From an archaeon (GTDB taxonomy: Archaea; Asgardarchaeota; Thorarchaeia; Thorarchaeales; Thorarchaeaceae): DNA of 64,000 nucleotides. Positions 29,246 through 39,868 of this stretch are shown in pieces; position 1 is the stretch's first letter, and the number at the start of each line of letters is the position of its first letter. Where the stretch lies: the NCBI GenBank assembly GCA_024276825.1, contig JAJRWI010000004.1, positions 1-64,000 on the forward strand, read 5' to 3'. A model generated the notes under the pieces. The model saw only the letters and a list, made by a program, of their open reading frames with translations. It was not told the DNA's origin and made no database searches. The position numbers were made by a program, and so were the translations under genes.

Positions 29246-30247
29246 GTGAAAGAAGAAAGGACAATTGCACTCAATCTTTTTGATCGGCTGCATCTTGGAC
29301 ATCAGGTGCTTATTGACCGCCTTTCTGAGATGCCCAATCCAATCGCAGGAGTGAGTGATGGCGGTCTAATAGGCAGTGAACTCGAACTTGCTGAAATCAT
29401 ACAGCCTGTTGATTTGCGAGTTGAGAACTTAAAAGCGTATTTGTCCGAATCAAGGCTTGATAGAATTGATGTTCAAGTGTTCTCTAGTTATGATGCCCTT
29501 TTGAACATACAAGGACCAGTCAGGTTTTTGATGTTCATGGGCCCATGTTGTAGTGAGATTGAAGAACACATAATCAAATCACTGCAGGCAGATTCTAAGC
29601 CGAAAGTGTCCTTTGAATTCATGAAGCCCGTAAGGGCAAATGATGGCGACAAACTGTCATCTGCAAGAATTAGACTGGGGGAGATTGATCGATCGGGTCG
29701 CCCACTCGTAGGCACTGACGAACCCCCCAGAAGACTCGGCGAAGAACTAAGGAAGGACCTCCAGACCCCGAAGGGCGAGGTCTTTGCAGCCAAGGATGGA
29801 AATCCCGAGGAACGAGTAGTAGAGAAGATCTATCATGAGGGGCCGCCTTGCATTATTGCAGTTGGCGATGTCACATGCGCAACCCTTGCTGAAGTTAATT
29901 ACTTTCCTGATGTTCAAGTGATAGATGGCATAACTAAGCGTGGACGATATGCTCGTGAATTCAAAGCCCACATCGAGTATACGATATACAATCCCCCTGC
30001 TACTATTTATCCTGAAGCATGGTCAGCGATGAAGACTGCCATCAAGAATAAAAGAACTACTCTGATCAAGGTTGAAGGCGAAGAAGACCTACTTGGATTC
30101 CCTGCTGCATTACTTGCACCTGATGACGCTGTCTTGCTCTATGGCCAACCCGATGTTGGAATTGTCTGGGTTCCAATAAATGATGAGAACCGACGGCGTG
30201 CAAGAGCGTTTCTTGAAGCCATGCCAATCATCACTTGTAATGACTAG
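29246..30247 (+). CDS. Fusion of phosphopantetheine adenylyltransferase and GTP-dependent dephospho-CoA kinase (DUF359)
   Basis: FDRLHLGH and KLSSARIRLGEID; then VGDVT, NPPATI, VEGEEDLL, YGQP. Confidence 0.85.
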   Translation: MKEERTIALNLFDRLHLGHQVLIDRLSEMPNPIAGVSDGGLIGSELELAEIIQPVDLRVENLKAYLSESRLDRIDVQVFSSYDALLNIQGPVRFLMFMGPCCSEIEEHIIKSLQADSKPKVSFEFMKPVRANDGDKLSSARIRLGEIDRSGRPLVGTDEPPRRLGEELRKDLQTPKGEVFAAKDGNPEERVVEKIYHEGPPCIIAVGDVTCATLAEVNYFPDVQVIDGITKRGRYAREFKAHIEYTIYNPPATIYPEAWSAMKTAIKNKRTTLIKVEGEEDLLGFPAALLAPDDAVLLYGQPDVGIVWVPINDENRRRARAFLEAMPIITCND

Positions 30248-31759
30248 CTAACGCATGGCATCTGGAATTTTGGAAATGCAGTCTGTGGCTGTAATATGTT
30301 CTCCATGATCTTCAACAGCCTTCTCACCTGCAAGTCCCGAAACATACGCTGCTGCCGCAGCTGCAAAGAATGCTCTCTCACCTCTCGCCATAAATGACGC
30401 ACAGATTCCTGTAAGCACATCGCCTGTTCCTCCAACCGTCATTGCAGGAGTCCCAGTTCTATTTAATTTATAACTTCCATCTGGCATTGCAATAACGTCA
30501 ATTGCTCCTTTCAAAAGCACCGTGGAATTGTACATCTTTGCTGCATCATTTGCTTTCTCAATGCGCCTTTCTAGACCCCCTGAATCCTTGATGTGCGAAT
30601 GCAGTAATATATTCAACTCTCCCCAATGAGGCGTAAGGATGCATCTTTCTGGGTCAAAGGTAAGACCCGATCCTGATAATGCCTTAAGACCATCGGCATC
30701 AATAACTAATGTTTTCTTCAGCTCAGTCAAAGAATGAGCTAGCTTCACAACTGCAATGCTTGTTTCGTGGTCAAGACCTAGACCCGGACCTATCACAATC
30801 ACATCAGAACTCTGTGAAGCCACTATTATCTTATCAATTGACTCATCAGTCAAGATGTTTTCATCAAGTGCTTGGACCATTAGGTTGGGACTGTAAGAAC
30901 GGATGGCAGGAACTACTGGATTTGGTGCCATTATTGAAACAAGATCGGCACCTGCACGCAGAGCCGCCATGCCTGCTAAGGCGGGGGCCCCGGAAAAGAC
31001 ATCACTCCCCCCAATTATGAGAATTCTTCCAAAGTCTCCCTTATGCGAATCAGGTTTTCTGGGTCGATTGAACAGCCACAGGTCGCCAGGTCCAGCAGTA
31101 ATTTCAGCTTCTGGTGGGATCCCAATTGGCACTAGATAGAGTTCACCTACATATTCCTCAGCATTTAGAAGTCCTGTCTTGGGCGCATGAAGTGTGATTG
31201 TGGTATCAGCCTTAACTGCCATTCCCATGACCTCCCCCGTGTCTGAATTGATGCCAGTTGGCACATCAACCGAATACTTTGTTGCTGATGCCTTGTTAAT
31301 CACCTTGACCGCTGTCGCTATTGGTTCTCGAAGTTTCGACTTTAAGCCAAATCCCATAAGTGCATCGATTATAATGTCAGCTTTGCTAATCGATTTGCAA
31401 CTCTTGATCTGTGACTCTGTTGGAAGTGCGACATTTGGGATTGTTCGCATGCTATTCAAGATGTCCCAATTGAATACAGTGTCCGGACTTGAAATATGAC
31501 GCTCGGAACCAATGAGATAGACCTCCACATCTGCGCCAGCCTCATTCAGGTGGCGTGCGGCAACCATGCCATCGCCGCCATTGCCTCCACCTCCGCATAG
31601 GATGACTACTAGTCTTGAGTCGAGGTCTTCATTCATCTCAACTATTCTGGCAACTTCTCTCCCTGCCTGCTGCATCAACATGCTAAGTTCTATGCCCAAA
31701 TACTGAGCATTCAATTCCAGGACACGCATCTCTTTTGAGGTCATTGGAGTGTGCTTCAT
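30248..31759 (-). CDS. nnr: Bifunctional NAD(P)H-hydrate epimerase/dehydratase
   Basis: GNGGDG, DVPTG, SHKGDFG, DADGL, TPH.GE, GGTGDVL. Confidence 0.95.
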   Translation of the reverse strand: MKHTPMTSKEMRVLELNAQYLGIELSMLMQQAGREVARIVEMNEDLDSRLVVILCGGGGNGGDGMVAARHLNEAGADVEVYLIGSERHISSPDTVFNWDILNSMRTIPNVALPTESQIKSCKSISKADIIIDALMGFGLKSKLREPIATAVKVINKASATKYSVDVPTGINSDTGEVMGMAVKADTTITLHAPKTGLLNAEEYVGELYLVPIGIPPEAEITAGPGDLWLFNRPRKPDSHKGDFGRILIIGGSDVFSGAPALAGMAALRAGADLVSIMAPNPVVPAIRSYSPNLMVQALDENILTDESIDKIIVASQSSDVIVIGPGLGLDHETSIAVVKLAHSLTELKKTLVIDADGLKALSGSGLTFDPERCILTPHWGELNILLHSHIKDSGGLERRIEKANDAAKMYNSTVLLKGAIDVIAMPDGSYKLNRTGTPAMTVGGTGDVLTGICASFMARGERAFFAAAAAAYVSGLAGEKAVEDHGEHITATDCISKIPDAMR

Positions 31760-31862
31760 ATCTCAATCACTCTCTAATCATATAATGCAATTTCTACTTC
31801 ATACCTATTTGTCTTTGGTTGTAATGACCTCTGAACAAGTCCTCATTCATGGGTGGTCATAA

Positions 31863-32480
31863 TCACTGTCCCTCCACATAAAACTCATACTCATCATTTG
31901 GCTTCATTTGAAGCCAATAGCAACATATACTCACAAAGATCGCAACGCCTCCAAACAATACTAGATTTCCAAAATCAATTACTGATTGAGGTTCCATGAT
32001 ATCTTGCATAGTGATAGCTTGGATTGTGGTTTCATTCCAGTTTCCGAGAGTGTCATTAGCCATAAACTTCAGCAATAACACCAATTTAGACACTCCAATT
32101 GTGCTAAATGTGATATTTCCGAGATATGTGTTGCGACTAGAATTCGTTGGAACATGTTGCAATGTTGTGTTTTTCCAAGAGTCTGTCCACTCATTTGGTT
32201 CTCTCACAGACAACTGCCATGACACAAGTGCTGTGTCCACGCCATCGATATCCCATATATCGGCCCATACTACTAATGTCTGATCAGTTCTTTGAACTCC
32301 TCCTGATATATGGATACTTTCTGTGAAGTTCTCAATTATCGGCGCATCGCTCTCAGCTAGAGTCCAAACAATGCTTTGATGATTCAGTCCTATTTGATAG
32401 GAATGACTGGACGAAACTCCCGAAATAAAAGTGAATATTAAAACAATGCAGACTATCTTACATCTTCTGAAGAGAATCAT
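31863..32480 (-). CDS. Hypothetical secreted, membrane-anchored Ig-like protein
   Basis: Signal peptide, D.DGVD...ANDTLGNW motif, C-terminal TM. Confidence 0.55.
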   Translation of the reverse strand: MILFRRCKIVCIVLIFTFISGVSSSHSYQIGLNHQSIVWTLAESDAPIIENFTESIHISGGVQRTDQTLVVWADIWDIDGVDTALVSWQLSVREPNEWTDSWKNTTLQHVPTNSSRNTYLGNITFSTIGVSKLVLLLKFMANDTLGNWNETTIQAITMQDIMEPQSVIDFGNLVLFGGVAIFVSICCYWLQMKPNDEYEFYVEGQ

Positions 32481-32667
32481 CTCTTAATCACTGAATGTTT
32501 TGAATTTTACAAGATATGTTTTTCTCAAAGAACTTGTTAAAATTAACAAGGCCAAATTGAAAACTGCTGTTTTCCGTCCAAAACCCATTTATTCGGCAAT
32601 TTTATTTGAATTCAATTTCAATTTCTTTTTGCTATTATTGTAATTTCTATAGTGTATCGGGTCCGCT

Positions 32668-34632
32668 ATGGTTGGGTGGAAGAATATGATAAGTCTGAAG
32701 AAAATTCTAGTGTTGGTTCTAGTGAGTATGATGCTATTATCTCTTAGTCCAACTCAAGGAATAGTTGGACAAATGGAAGAACAGGGGCAAATGCAAGGAA
32801 ATGTAATGGTCCTCGCAAGCTACACCCCTCATGCTCCCTTTAACATAACTTGCAATAAGGACTTTATTGATCAGGGATGGCCAGGTTCAGGCACCACAAG
32901 TGATCCATATATCATCTCAGGTTTGAATATCACCGATGAGAATCAAGCAATATGGATCTTCAACACATCCGCTTATGTTGTCATTGAAGACTGCTATTTC
33001 AGAGTCACTAACACAACTAAGTTGATTGCAATATATCTGGCAAATGCAAGCAATATTGCTTTACGTGGTTCAATATTAACAGCCCTTGGTTATAATTTGG
33101 TTGTTCAAAATATGACAAATCTTGAAGTCAAAAACTGCACTCTCAATGGTGGTCTGGGCACTAATGCTGTATTTGCAAATGTGCATAATGCCATGATCGA
33201 ATACAATCAATTCAGTCCTGGGTACTATGACACAAATGCTGTGAATTTTGCTGGCGTTGAAAATGTCACATTTCAGCACAATCTGATTGATGGTTTTCAA
33301 TGGAGTGGGATAGAATGGGGATATGCCAGCTCTGACTGCTTAGCATACAACAACACCTTAATTGGTTCCACTACTGATCCATTTTTGCAAGCATTCTATG
33401 GTATAATTATAGAGGGCGACTCGGCGGTTGATATCATTGATAACAGAATTCAAAATGCTTCAGTAGGCATCCTTCTTCAGAACTACAGTTCAACAGTGGA
33501 ATTGAACACAATCACTTATTGCACCACAGGCATTGTGTTGCAGGACTCTGTTGGGGCCTCTGTCCACAACAATTTCATCAATTGCACATTTGGAATTGAT
33601 TTGCAAAGCACTGTGGATTGCACCATTCAATTGAACACAATTAGGGCCCTACATTCTGGGATAACGCTTGCTCAGTCTCTGAGAGCCAATGTGAATAGCA
33701 ACACAATATCATCACGCGTAAATGGTATTGTTCTATATAATGCCAACAATTTTGGACAGGACGCACCGCATCTGGAGTTCTGCGATATAAGCAATAATTA
33801 CCTCTCTGGTGGTGGATTTCAATTTATGGTTAATGATGTATCCGAACTAAATCATAAAATAAGGGGCAATGTCCTTAATGGCGGTGCATATGGATATTTC
33901 CTTTCCAACGAGAGTATCACTATTGATGGTGAATTATTCAGATCATTGACTCTGGTGAATGTTTCAGATGTGACAGTCAAAGGTGGAGAGTTTCAAAACA
34001 CAACCGTGGGAATTGAGGTCTTATATTCACATGATGTGACAATCACGGATGCGATAGTTCATAACACAACCTATGGAATCAGCTTGAAAGAGTCCCTTGA
34101 ATGTGATATCACCAATAATCATCTCTACTATAATGGGATGCCTTTGAAATGGCAGCATTTGTATATACAGATGGGAGCTGCAATCTCCATTGAAAACTCT
34201 CGCAATGGCACCATGAACAATAATGACATCCACGACAACTACGATGGCATTGCACTTGCTTCCACAAACAACTTCCTCATAACTTACAACTTGATCTATA
34301 ATAATTCCAATTACGGAATCTCTCTTGATGGATTATGCTCCAATAACCGCATTTACCAAAATCAAATTGGTTGGAATGGAATCAATGCCAAGGCACAAGC
34401 GGCTAGCAACTACTGGGACGATGGTGTATCGATGGGCAATTACTGGTCTGATTACGATGGCTCTGGTGAATATGAAGTACTGCCTAATGGCCTTGACCAT
34501 TATCCAAAACTACTCACCCATCTGATGCCATTCATGACTGAGGGAATTCCCCTCGATGCCACTATCATTCTTATTGGCGGAGTGGCCATAGGTGTGATTG
34601 CAGTGGCTATAATCTTTCTAAAGAAACGATGA
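32668..34632 (+). CDS. Surface protein with NosD/right-handed beta-helix repeats
   Basis: GWPGSGT..DPYII, repeated N-x-I GI motifs, GNYWSDY, C-terminal TM anchor. Confidence 0.85.
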   Translation: MVGWKNMISLKKILVLVLVSMMLLSLSPTQGIVGQMEEQGQMQGNVMVLASYTPHAPFNITCNKDFIDQGWPGSGTTSDPYIISGLNITDENQAIWIFNTSAYVVIEDCYFRVTNTTKLIAIYLANASNIALRGSILTALGYNLVVQNMTNLEVKNCTLNGGLGTNAVFANVHNAMIEYNQFSPGYYDTNAVNFAGVENVTFQHNLIDGFQWSGIEWGYASSDCLAYNNTLIGSTTDPFLQAFYGIIIEGDSAVDIIDNRIQNASVGILLQNYSSTVELNTITYCTTGIVLQDSVGASVHNNFINCTFGIDLQSTVDCTIQLNTIRALHSGITLAQSLRANVNSNTISSRVNGIVLYNANNFGQDAPHLEFCDISNNYLSGGGFQFMVNDVSELNHKIRGNVLNGGAYGYFLSNESITIDGELFRSLTLVNVSDVTVKGGEFQNTTVGIEVLYSHDVTITDAIVHNTTYGISLKESLECDITNNHLYYNGMPLKWQHLYIQMGAAISIENSRNGTMNNNDIHDNYDGIALASTNNFLITYNLIYNNSNYGISLDGLCSNNRIYQNQIGWNGINAKAQAASNYWDDGVSMGNYWSDYDGSGEYEVLPNGLDHYPKLLTHLMPFMTEGIPLDATIILIGGVAIGVIAVAIIFLKKR

Positions 34633-34640
34633 ATATCTAT

Positions 34641-34690
34641 GAGCATGATGGCAAATGCCCGCTCATGCTCTCCCTTCCTTTTTGTTTCAT
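34641..34690. terminator. Hairpin plus T-tract between convergent genes
   Basis: GAGCATGA...TCATGCTC then T-rich run. Confidence 0.5.
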
Positions 34691-34718
34691 GTTCTTTCAG
34701 GCAGGCTCTTGGTATCTT

Positions 34719-35666
34719 TCAGAGTGAATTACTGATTTTGGTACAAAGTTCAGCCAGCATCCTAGCTCTTGGTCCGAATAGGTAAAGGATTGGCTCAATA
34801 CCAATTCCTCCGGGTACATGTATTGCAATCAGTTCTTTTGTCCTTGGTCTTCTCTTGATTGCGATCTCAGTTGCTTTAATTATGTCATCAGCATCAGCAA
34901 ATGCCCTATTCAACGAGATTACATAAAATCCCTGTTTCTTTGCAGCACTTATAATTTCTTCACTACCCCGTATGCAAAGGCATGCATGCACTGCTTCAAA
35001 CTTCTCCTTTGCCCATAATAGAATGCTTGCAGTATGTCTTGATGCACCAAACTGTGGACTGCTGTGAATTGTCGCTCGCCCATTGAATATGAATATCCTC
35101 CCTGGCACCCCCAACACATCAGCAGTTGTGGTCGCATCTTTAAGACAGACGACAAGATTTGCCCTAACCTGAGGGATCACTCTCTCAAAGGCATCATTGA
35201 CTTCTAGTATCTCCAGTGCGGCGTTCATATCACTCAATAGCTTTGCCCGTTCACCAAGTTCTATTGGCTCATTCCTGATGAGGTCACTACAAATTTGACA
35301 TTTCTCGTTTCCAAGCTCTCTAACAGACCCCTGATGAGCCTTGCATATTGCCCCTCCAATTCTCATCTCGATGCAGTGTTTGCAGATCTCATACACCATG
35401 CGGCTCACTGTTTCACTCTCATCGAGAATCATTTGTTCCAGTTTTTGGACTGCGGTATCTATCTTATCAAGAGGAAGACAAGTGGATGGCTGCTGCTTTA
35501 GATACTTGCTGACTGCAGCCTGTGTTATCAATAGTTTCTCTGCTATCTCTATCTGAGAAACTCCTCGGTCATTCAATCTCCTTGACAGTCGCGCTCTGAG
35601 AACTGGGAGGTATTCCTTTTGCACAAGTTCGCATGGTGGTCTCATTGACTTCACCCACGGCAACAT
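34719..35666 (-). CDS. thiR: ThiR-type regulator (HTH + ThiN-like thiamine-phosphate domain)
   Basis: MRPPCE...SQ.EIA..L.ITQAAVSKY HTH; IPQVRAN, VPGRI, FGASRH, GIEP; divergent from a thiamine transporter. Confidence 0.85.
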   Translation of the reverse strand: MLPWVKSMRPPCELVQKEYLPVLRARLSRRLNDRGVSQIEIAEKLLITQAAVSKYLKQQPSTCLPLDKIDTAVQKLEQMILDESETVSRMVYEICKHCIEMRIGGAICKAHQGSVRELGNEKCQICSDLIRNEPIELGERAKLLSDMNAALEILEVNDAFERVIPQVRANLVVCLKDATTTADVLGVPGRIFIFNGRATIHSSPQFGASRHTASILLWAKEKFEAVHACLCIRGSEEIISAAKKQGFYVISLNRAFADADDIIKATEIAIKRRPRTKELIAIHVPGGIGIEPILYLFGPRARMLAELCTKISNSL

Positions 35667-35684
35667 ATTTATTCAGGTGTTTTC

Positions 35685-35703
35685 TATAACTGGGTTGTAT
35701 AAC
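35685..35703. promoter_or_regulatory. Candidate ThiR operator
   Basis: TATAAC-tgg-GTTGTA overlapping a second TATAAC in the short divergent intergenic region. Confidence 0.5.
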
Positions 35704-35727
35704 TCAAATATAAAGGTGATTGGTCTT

Positions 35728-36852
35728 ATGACCTCGCAGCAGTATCCGACCCGAAGAAACCCAAAGTTCCTGATTGCAGGCGTTGTAGTCGTTTCTGTAA
35801 TAGTCATAGCATCAATAGCAATCATTACAGCTCCCCGTCCTAAATTCATTGTCTATACTTACGACTCATTCATGGTCTGGGGAGATGATCCAGACACCAT
35901 CGATGAGCGGGCGTTTGGTGCCTTTGAGAAACAATTCGGTGTGGATGTCGAGATAGTGCGTCTAAACCTAGATGCAAATGGGATTGTGGCAAGACTGAAA
36001 GCTGAGTCTGCAAATCCAGTGGCCGATGTTGTGATAGGCATCGATAACATTCTTATTTTGCAAGAGGGTGTCAAGGATGTTTTGGAGCCTTATACTCCGG
36101 AAAACATCAGCTTTGTGAACTCTGACCTCATTAATGCTCTCGACCCCGAACATTACATTGTGCCCTTTGATTATGGTCTTGTGACAGTAATCTATTCAAC
36201 AGAACTCATCAACACTACAACTCATCCCGAGCTTGCAGAACTCACATTCACCGACCTTGCAACTCCCGACCTTGCATCAAGTTTCGTCACTGAAAATCCC
36301 CAGTTCAGTAGTCCAGGTCTTGCATTTCTGCTCACTCAAATTGCAGTATATGAGAAGCTGATGGGCGAAGACTGGAAACAATGGTGGCAGTCAGTAAAGG
36401 AGTACATTGACGTACAACCAGGCTGGTCTGAGGCATGGGCGAAATGGGACTCGGACCCAACCATATCAATGATGGTGAGTTATGGCACTGATCCCGCATA
36501 TTCTGCATGGGCATCTGGAACGGCTCCCACAACTGCAATTGCTCCCATACATCATAGCGGCACAACATATGCATGGGTGCAGGTTGAAGGGATAGGTCTT
36601 GTGAAGAACGGGCCCAACCCCGATCTTGCAAAAGCATTCATTGACTACTGTCTATCAGATACCGTGCAAGAACTCATCCCATTGAACCAGTGGATGTTTC
36701 CTGCAAGCAGTCATGCCACGCTCCCTGCAGTATATGACTATGCCATTCATCCCAATGAGGTTTCGTTGCTCAACAACATTTTAACTAGGACGGAGATCGA
36801 GCAGAACCTGACTGCTTGGCTTGATGACTGGGCAGCAATAATGACAGGGTGA
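35728..36852 (+). CDS. thiB: Thiamine ABC transporter substrate-binding protein
   Basis: VYTYDSF, ADVVIGIDN, SSPGLAFL, VSYGTDPAY, QVEG, NQWMFP. Confidence 0.9.
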   Translation: MTSQQYPTRRNPKFLIAGVVVVSVIVIASIAIITAPRPKFIVYTYDSFMVWGDDPDTIDERAFGAFEKQFGVDVEIVRLNLDANGIVARLKAESANPVADVVIGIDNILILQEGVKDVLEPYTPENISFVNSDLINALDPEHYIVPFDYGLVTVIYSTELINTTTHPELAELTFTDLATPDLASSFVTENPQFSSPGLAFLLTQIAVYEKLMGEDWKQWWQSVKEYIDVQPGWSEAWAKWDSDPTISMMVSYGTDPAYSAWASGTAPTTAIAPIHHSGTTYAWVQVEGIGLVKNGPNPDLAKAFIDYCLSDTVQELIPLNQWMFPASSHATLPAVYDYAIHPNEVSLLNNILTRTEIEQNLTAWLDDWAAIMTG

Positions 36853-36862
36853 TGGCCTCAAG

Positions 36863-38515
36863 ATGAAGATTCTTCGAGGGAGAGACCCTTTCTCCCTCAC
36901 ATCTCTATTTCCAGTTGCTATCCTCATCATATTTGTTGTTCTTCCTGTTTCATATGTCATCATAATCGGAATCATGGATGATCCAGTAGGGGCATTTATC
37001 ACAACCCTCTCATCACCAGTGACTCAGAGAACCATAATCTTCACAGTTCTGCAGGCCCTTGCAAGCACCCTCTTGGCAGTCATCCTTGGGCTTCCTGGTG
37101 CATTCCTGCTAACCCGCCTTGAATTCAGGGGCAAATCCCTTGTCCGAGCATTGATTCTGGTACCGTTTGTTTTACCCCCAATCGTTGTTGTTGTGGGATT
37201 CCTGAGGATGTTCGGTCGAGGTGGAATCATCGACTCATTCCTCATGCTTCTAGCAGGCTCTGGTCAGTCGGTGATTGATCTCTCATCTGGTATATTTGGA
37301 ATAGTCCTAGCTCATACTTTCTATAACATCCCCTTGATCATACTACTGGTGTCAGCATCACTCATAAGGCTCAATCCCGAGGTGGAGGAGAGTGCTGAGA
37401 TTCTGGGGGTGTCCAACTGGCAAAAGTTCAGACATATTATATTCCCACATATTCGGCGATCACTCTTTGCTGCCAGTATTCTTGTATTTCTGTTTTGCTT
37501 CATGTCATTTCCCATAGTCCTTGCTCTTGGACAGAGTCGGCTGATGACAATCGAGGTGCAGATATTTCATGCATTCAGAGAATTGGACTATGCAGGAGCA
37601 AGCACTCTGGCCCTCATGCAGCTATTGGTCACTCTCTCACTAGCATACATCTACATTAAGGCTGGATCATCAGACAACGAGTATATGGGTTCAACATCTG
37701 AGATTAAGACGCTCTCATTTCAAAAAATGCCAATGAGATACAAAGTGACCTCAATCGTATACTCATTACTGATAATAGTGTTGGTAACAGGTCCATTCAT
37801 TGCAATTATAGAGTCCTCAATATACGACCCCTATGTTGGGGAGTTCACCTTACGAGGGTTTGCAAACCTGTTGAGCACAGGCATTGGCGGAGGGCTCCTG
37901 CCCTTGATGAACTCTCTAATGTACTCGACTCTTGCAACATTATTGACCTTATTTCTTGCAATTCCACTAGCTTACTCTCATCGTTCCAAGACATACGGTG
38001 TATCATCTACCCTATCCTCATTGACGCTGCTTCCGTTGGGAATATCTTCCATCACTCTTGCTTATGGCCTTATGATCGCCATCACCGTGCCACTGGGTCT
38101 CACAACTTACCCTTGGCCAATAATTGTAATCGCACAGACCATTATAGGGCTACCATTTGCAGTCAGGGCAATCGAGGTCTCTCTGCAAAATATAGACCCG
38201 GAGATTTTGGACCAGGCCACAGTTCTCGGGGCAAGTCGATTTCAACGCCTGTTCTTTGTAGAGCTCCCCTTGGTTGCTCCCGGTATGCTTGTTGGGGCGG
38301 TTTTTGCATTTGCCATGGCGATTGGTGAGATGTCAGCCACATTGTTCATTGCGTTGCCGCAAAACATCACACTATCTATAGCTATATATCAATATTTAGG
38401 AGTAAGAAAGTTTGTGGAAGCTGGAGCGAGTGCCTTTGTGATTGCTATGGTCTGCTTCTTTGCATTTTTAATCCTTGAACGCTATTCTGATGTCACAGCA
38501 GGAGGAAGTCCATAA
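36863..38515 (+). CDS. thiP: Thiamine ABC transporter permease
   Basis: Duplicated EAA loops, PFVLP, AH.FYN.P. Confidence 0.88.
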   Translation: MKILRGRDPFSLTSLFPVAILIIFVVLPVSYVIIIGIMDDPVGAFITTLSSPVTQRTIIFTVLQALASTLLAVILGLPGAFLLTRLEFRGKSLVRALILVPFVLPPIVVVVGFLRMFGRGGIIDSFLMLLAGSGQSVIDLSSGIFGIVLAHTFYNIPLIILLVSASLIRLNPEVEESAEILGVSNWQKFRHIIFPHIRRSLFAASILVFLFCFMSFPIVLALGQSRLMTIEVQIFHAFRELDYAGASTLALMQLLVTLSLAYIYIKAGSSDNEYMGSTSEIKTLSFQKMPMRYKVTSIVYSLLIIVLVTGPFIAIIESSIYDPYVGEFTLRGFANLLSTGIGGGLLPLMNSLMYSTLATLLTLFLAIPLAYSHRSKTYGVSSTLSSLTLLPLGISSITLAYGLMIAITVPLGLTTYPWPIIVIAQTIIGLPFAVRAIEVSLQNIDPEILDQATVLGASRFQRLFFVELPLVAPGMLVGAVFAFAMAIGEMSATLFIALPQNITLSIAIYQYLGVRKFVEAGASAFVIAMVCFFAFLILERYSDVTAGGSP

Positions 38516-39573
38516 TGGTACAGGTTGAACTAAGATCACTGACTCGTGTCTTCAAAGATGGCACGCGCATCGGACCCATTGATCTGACTGTTAAGGATGG
38601 CGAATTCATAACCCTGCTCGGACCCAGTGGGTCAGGCAAGACCACAACACTTCGTCTTGTTGCGGGGTTCATTGAACCTGATGAGGGGAGTCTTCTGTTT
38701 GATGGTGTGGATGTTATCAATGTCCCTCCCAATGAGCGACAGATTGGCATGGTCTTTCAATCGATAGCCCTGTTTCCGCATATGACTGTCTATCAGAACA
38801 TAGCATTTGGTCCTGAAATGGCTGGATGGACCCGTGAAGAGACAATCAATCGTGTTGAAGAATTGGCAGACCTACTTGGCATCAGGAGTCTTCTATTCAG
38901 ACGAGTTAATGAGATCAGTGGGGGCGAAGGACAGCGCGTTGCCCTTGCGAGAGCTCTGGCCCTGAAACCAAAACTGCTTCTTCTTGACGAACCTCTGTCT
39001 GCTCTCGACCAACAATTGCGCGAGCGACTTCAAGGCGAAATAAGAAAGATTCAGAGCAGATTGAAGATAACGACCATATATGTGACCCACAGTCAGGATG
39101 AAGCATTTGCAATCTCTGATCGGGTCGCAATATTGAACAATGGGATTGTTGAACAAGTTGGAACACCAAAGGAATTATACTCTTCACCTAGGAATGAGTT
39201 TGTTGCAAGATTTCTGGGTGGTAATGTGTTTGAAGGAACTGTCGAGAGTTCCGAGTCTAACATCTCAACAGTAAGAATCAATGGTTATTCCTTCAGAGTA
39301 CACGAACCCCTGCAGACTGGCTCTAAAATACTGTTCTCAGTTCGGCCTGAAGAGGTCAGGATTCACTATGATGATGCTGTGTCATATCCCTCTGCGGAAC
39401 TCATCTCAATAACACCGCAAATTGGTATGGCCAAGGCTTCGTTGGACTTCAACGGCCAGATTATTACTGTAGCAGTGTTTGATCTTAATCTAGTCGAACG
39501 ATTGAAACCTCTAATTGGCAATCATGTGGGTTTCTCCTTTGGCGAAAACTCCATTCATCCATTGAATAAATAG
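38515..39573 (+). CDS. thiQ: ABC transporter ATP-binding protein
   Basis: GPSGSGKTT, ISGGEGQR, LLLDEP; operon context. Confidence 0.85.
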   Translation: MVQVELRSLTRVFKDGTRIGPIDLTVKDGEFITLLGPSGSGKTTTLRLVAGFIEPDEGSLLFDGVDVINVPPNERQIGMVFQSIALFPHMTVYQNIAFGPEMAGWTREETINRVEELADLLGIRSLLFRRVNEISGGEGQRVALARALALKPKLLLLDEPLSALDQQLRERLQGEIRKIQSRLKITTIYVTHSQDEAFAISDRVAILNNGIVEQVGTPKELYSSPRNEFVARFLGGNVFEGTVESSESNISTVRINGYSFRVHEPLQTGSKILFSVRPEEVRIHYDDAVSYPSAELISITPQIGMAKASLDFNGQIITVAVFDLNLVERLKPLIGNHVGFSFGENSIHPLNK

Positions 39574-39868
39574 ATAAACTTTCTAATTGACTAGAAAATA
39601 TGTTAGCCAAGATAACATAAGAAACTTAATTACTGCTGCTTTTCAGTATGTCCTAATGTTGACCCGTGCTGAGGGTCTAAAAACTGCTATTCAGAGGATA
39701 CATAATGGTCATTGAGCATACTGATGCAAATGGGCATGAAAACGTACAGCAAACAATATTATATTACAAACTGTTAGATTTGACTGTACAAAACATGCTT
39801 TATAGTGGAAAAATATGCTGCATGGATGATTATGGTCATAGCTGAAAAAACGCAAAGTCGTGATTGTT

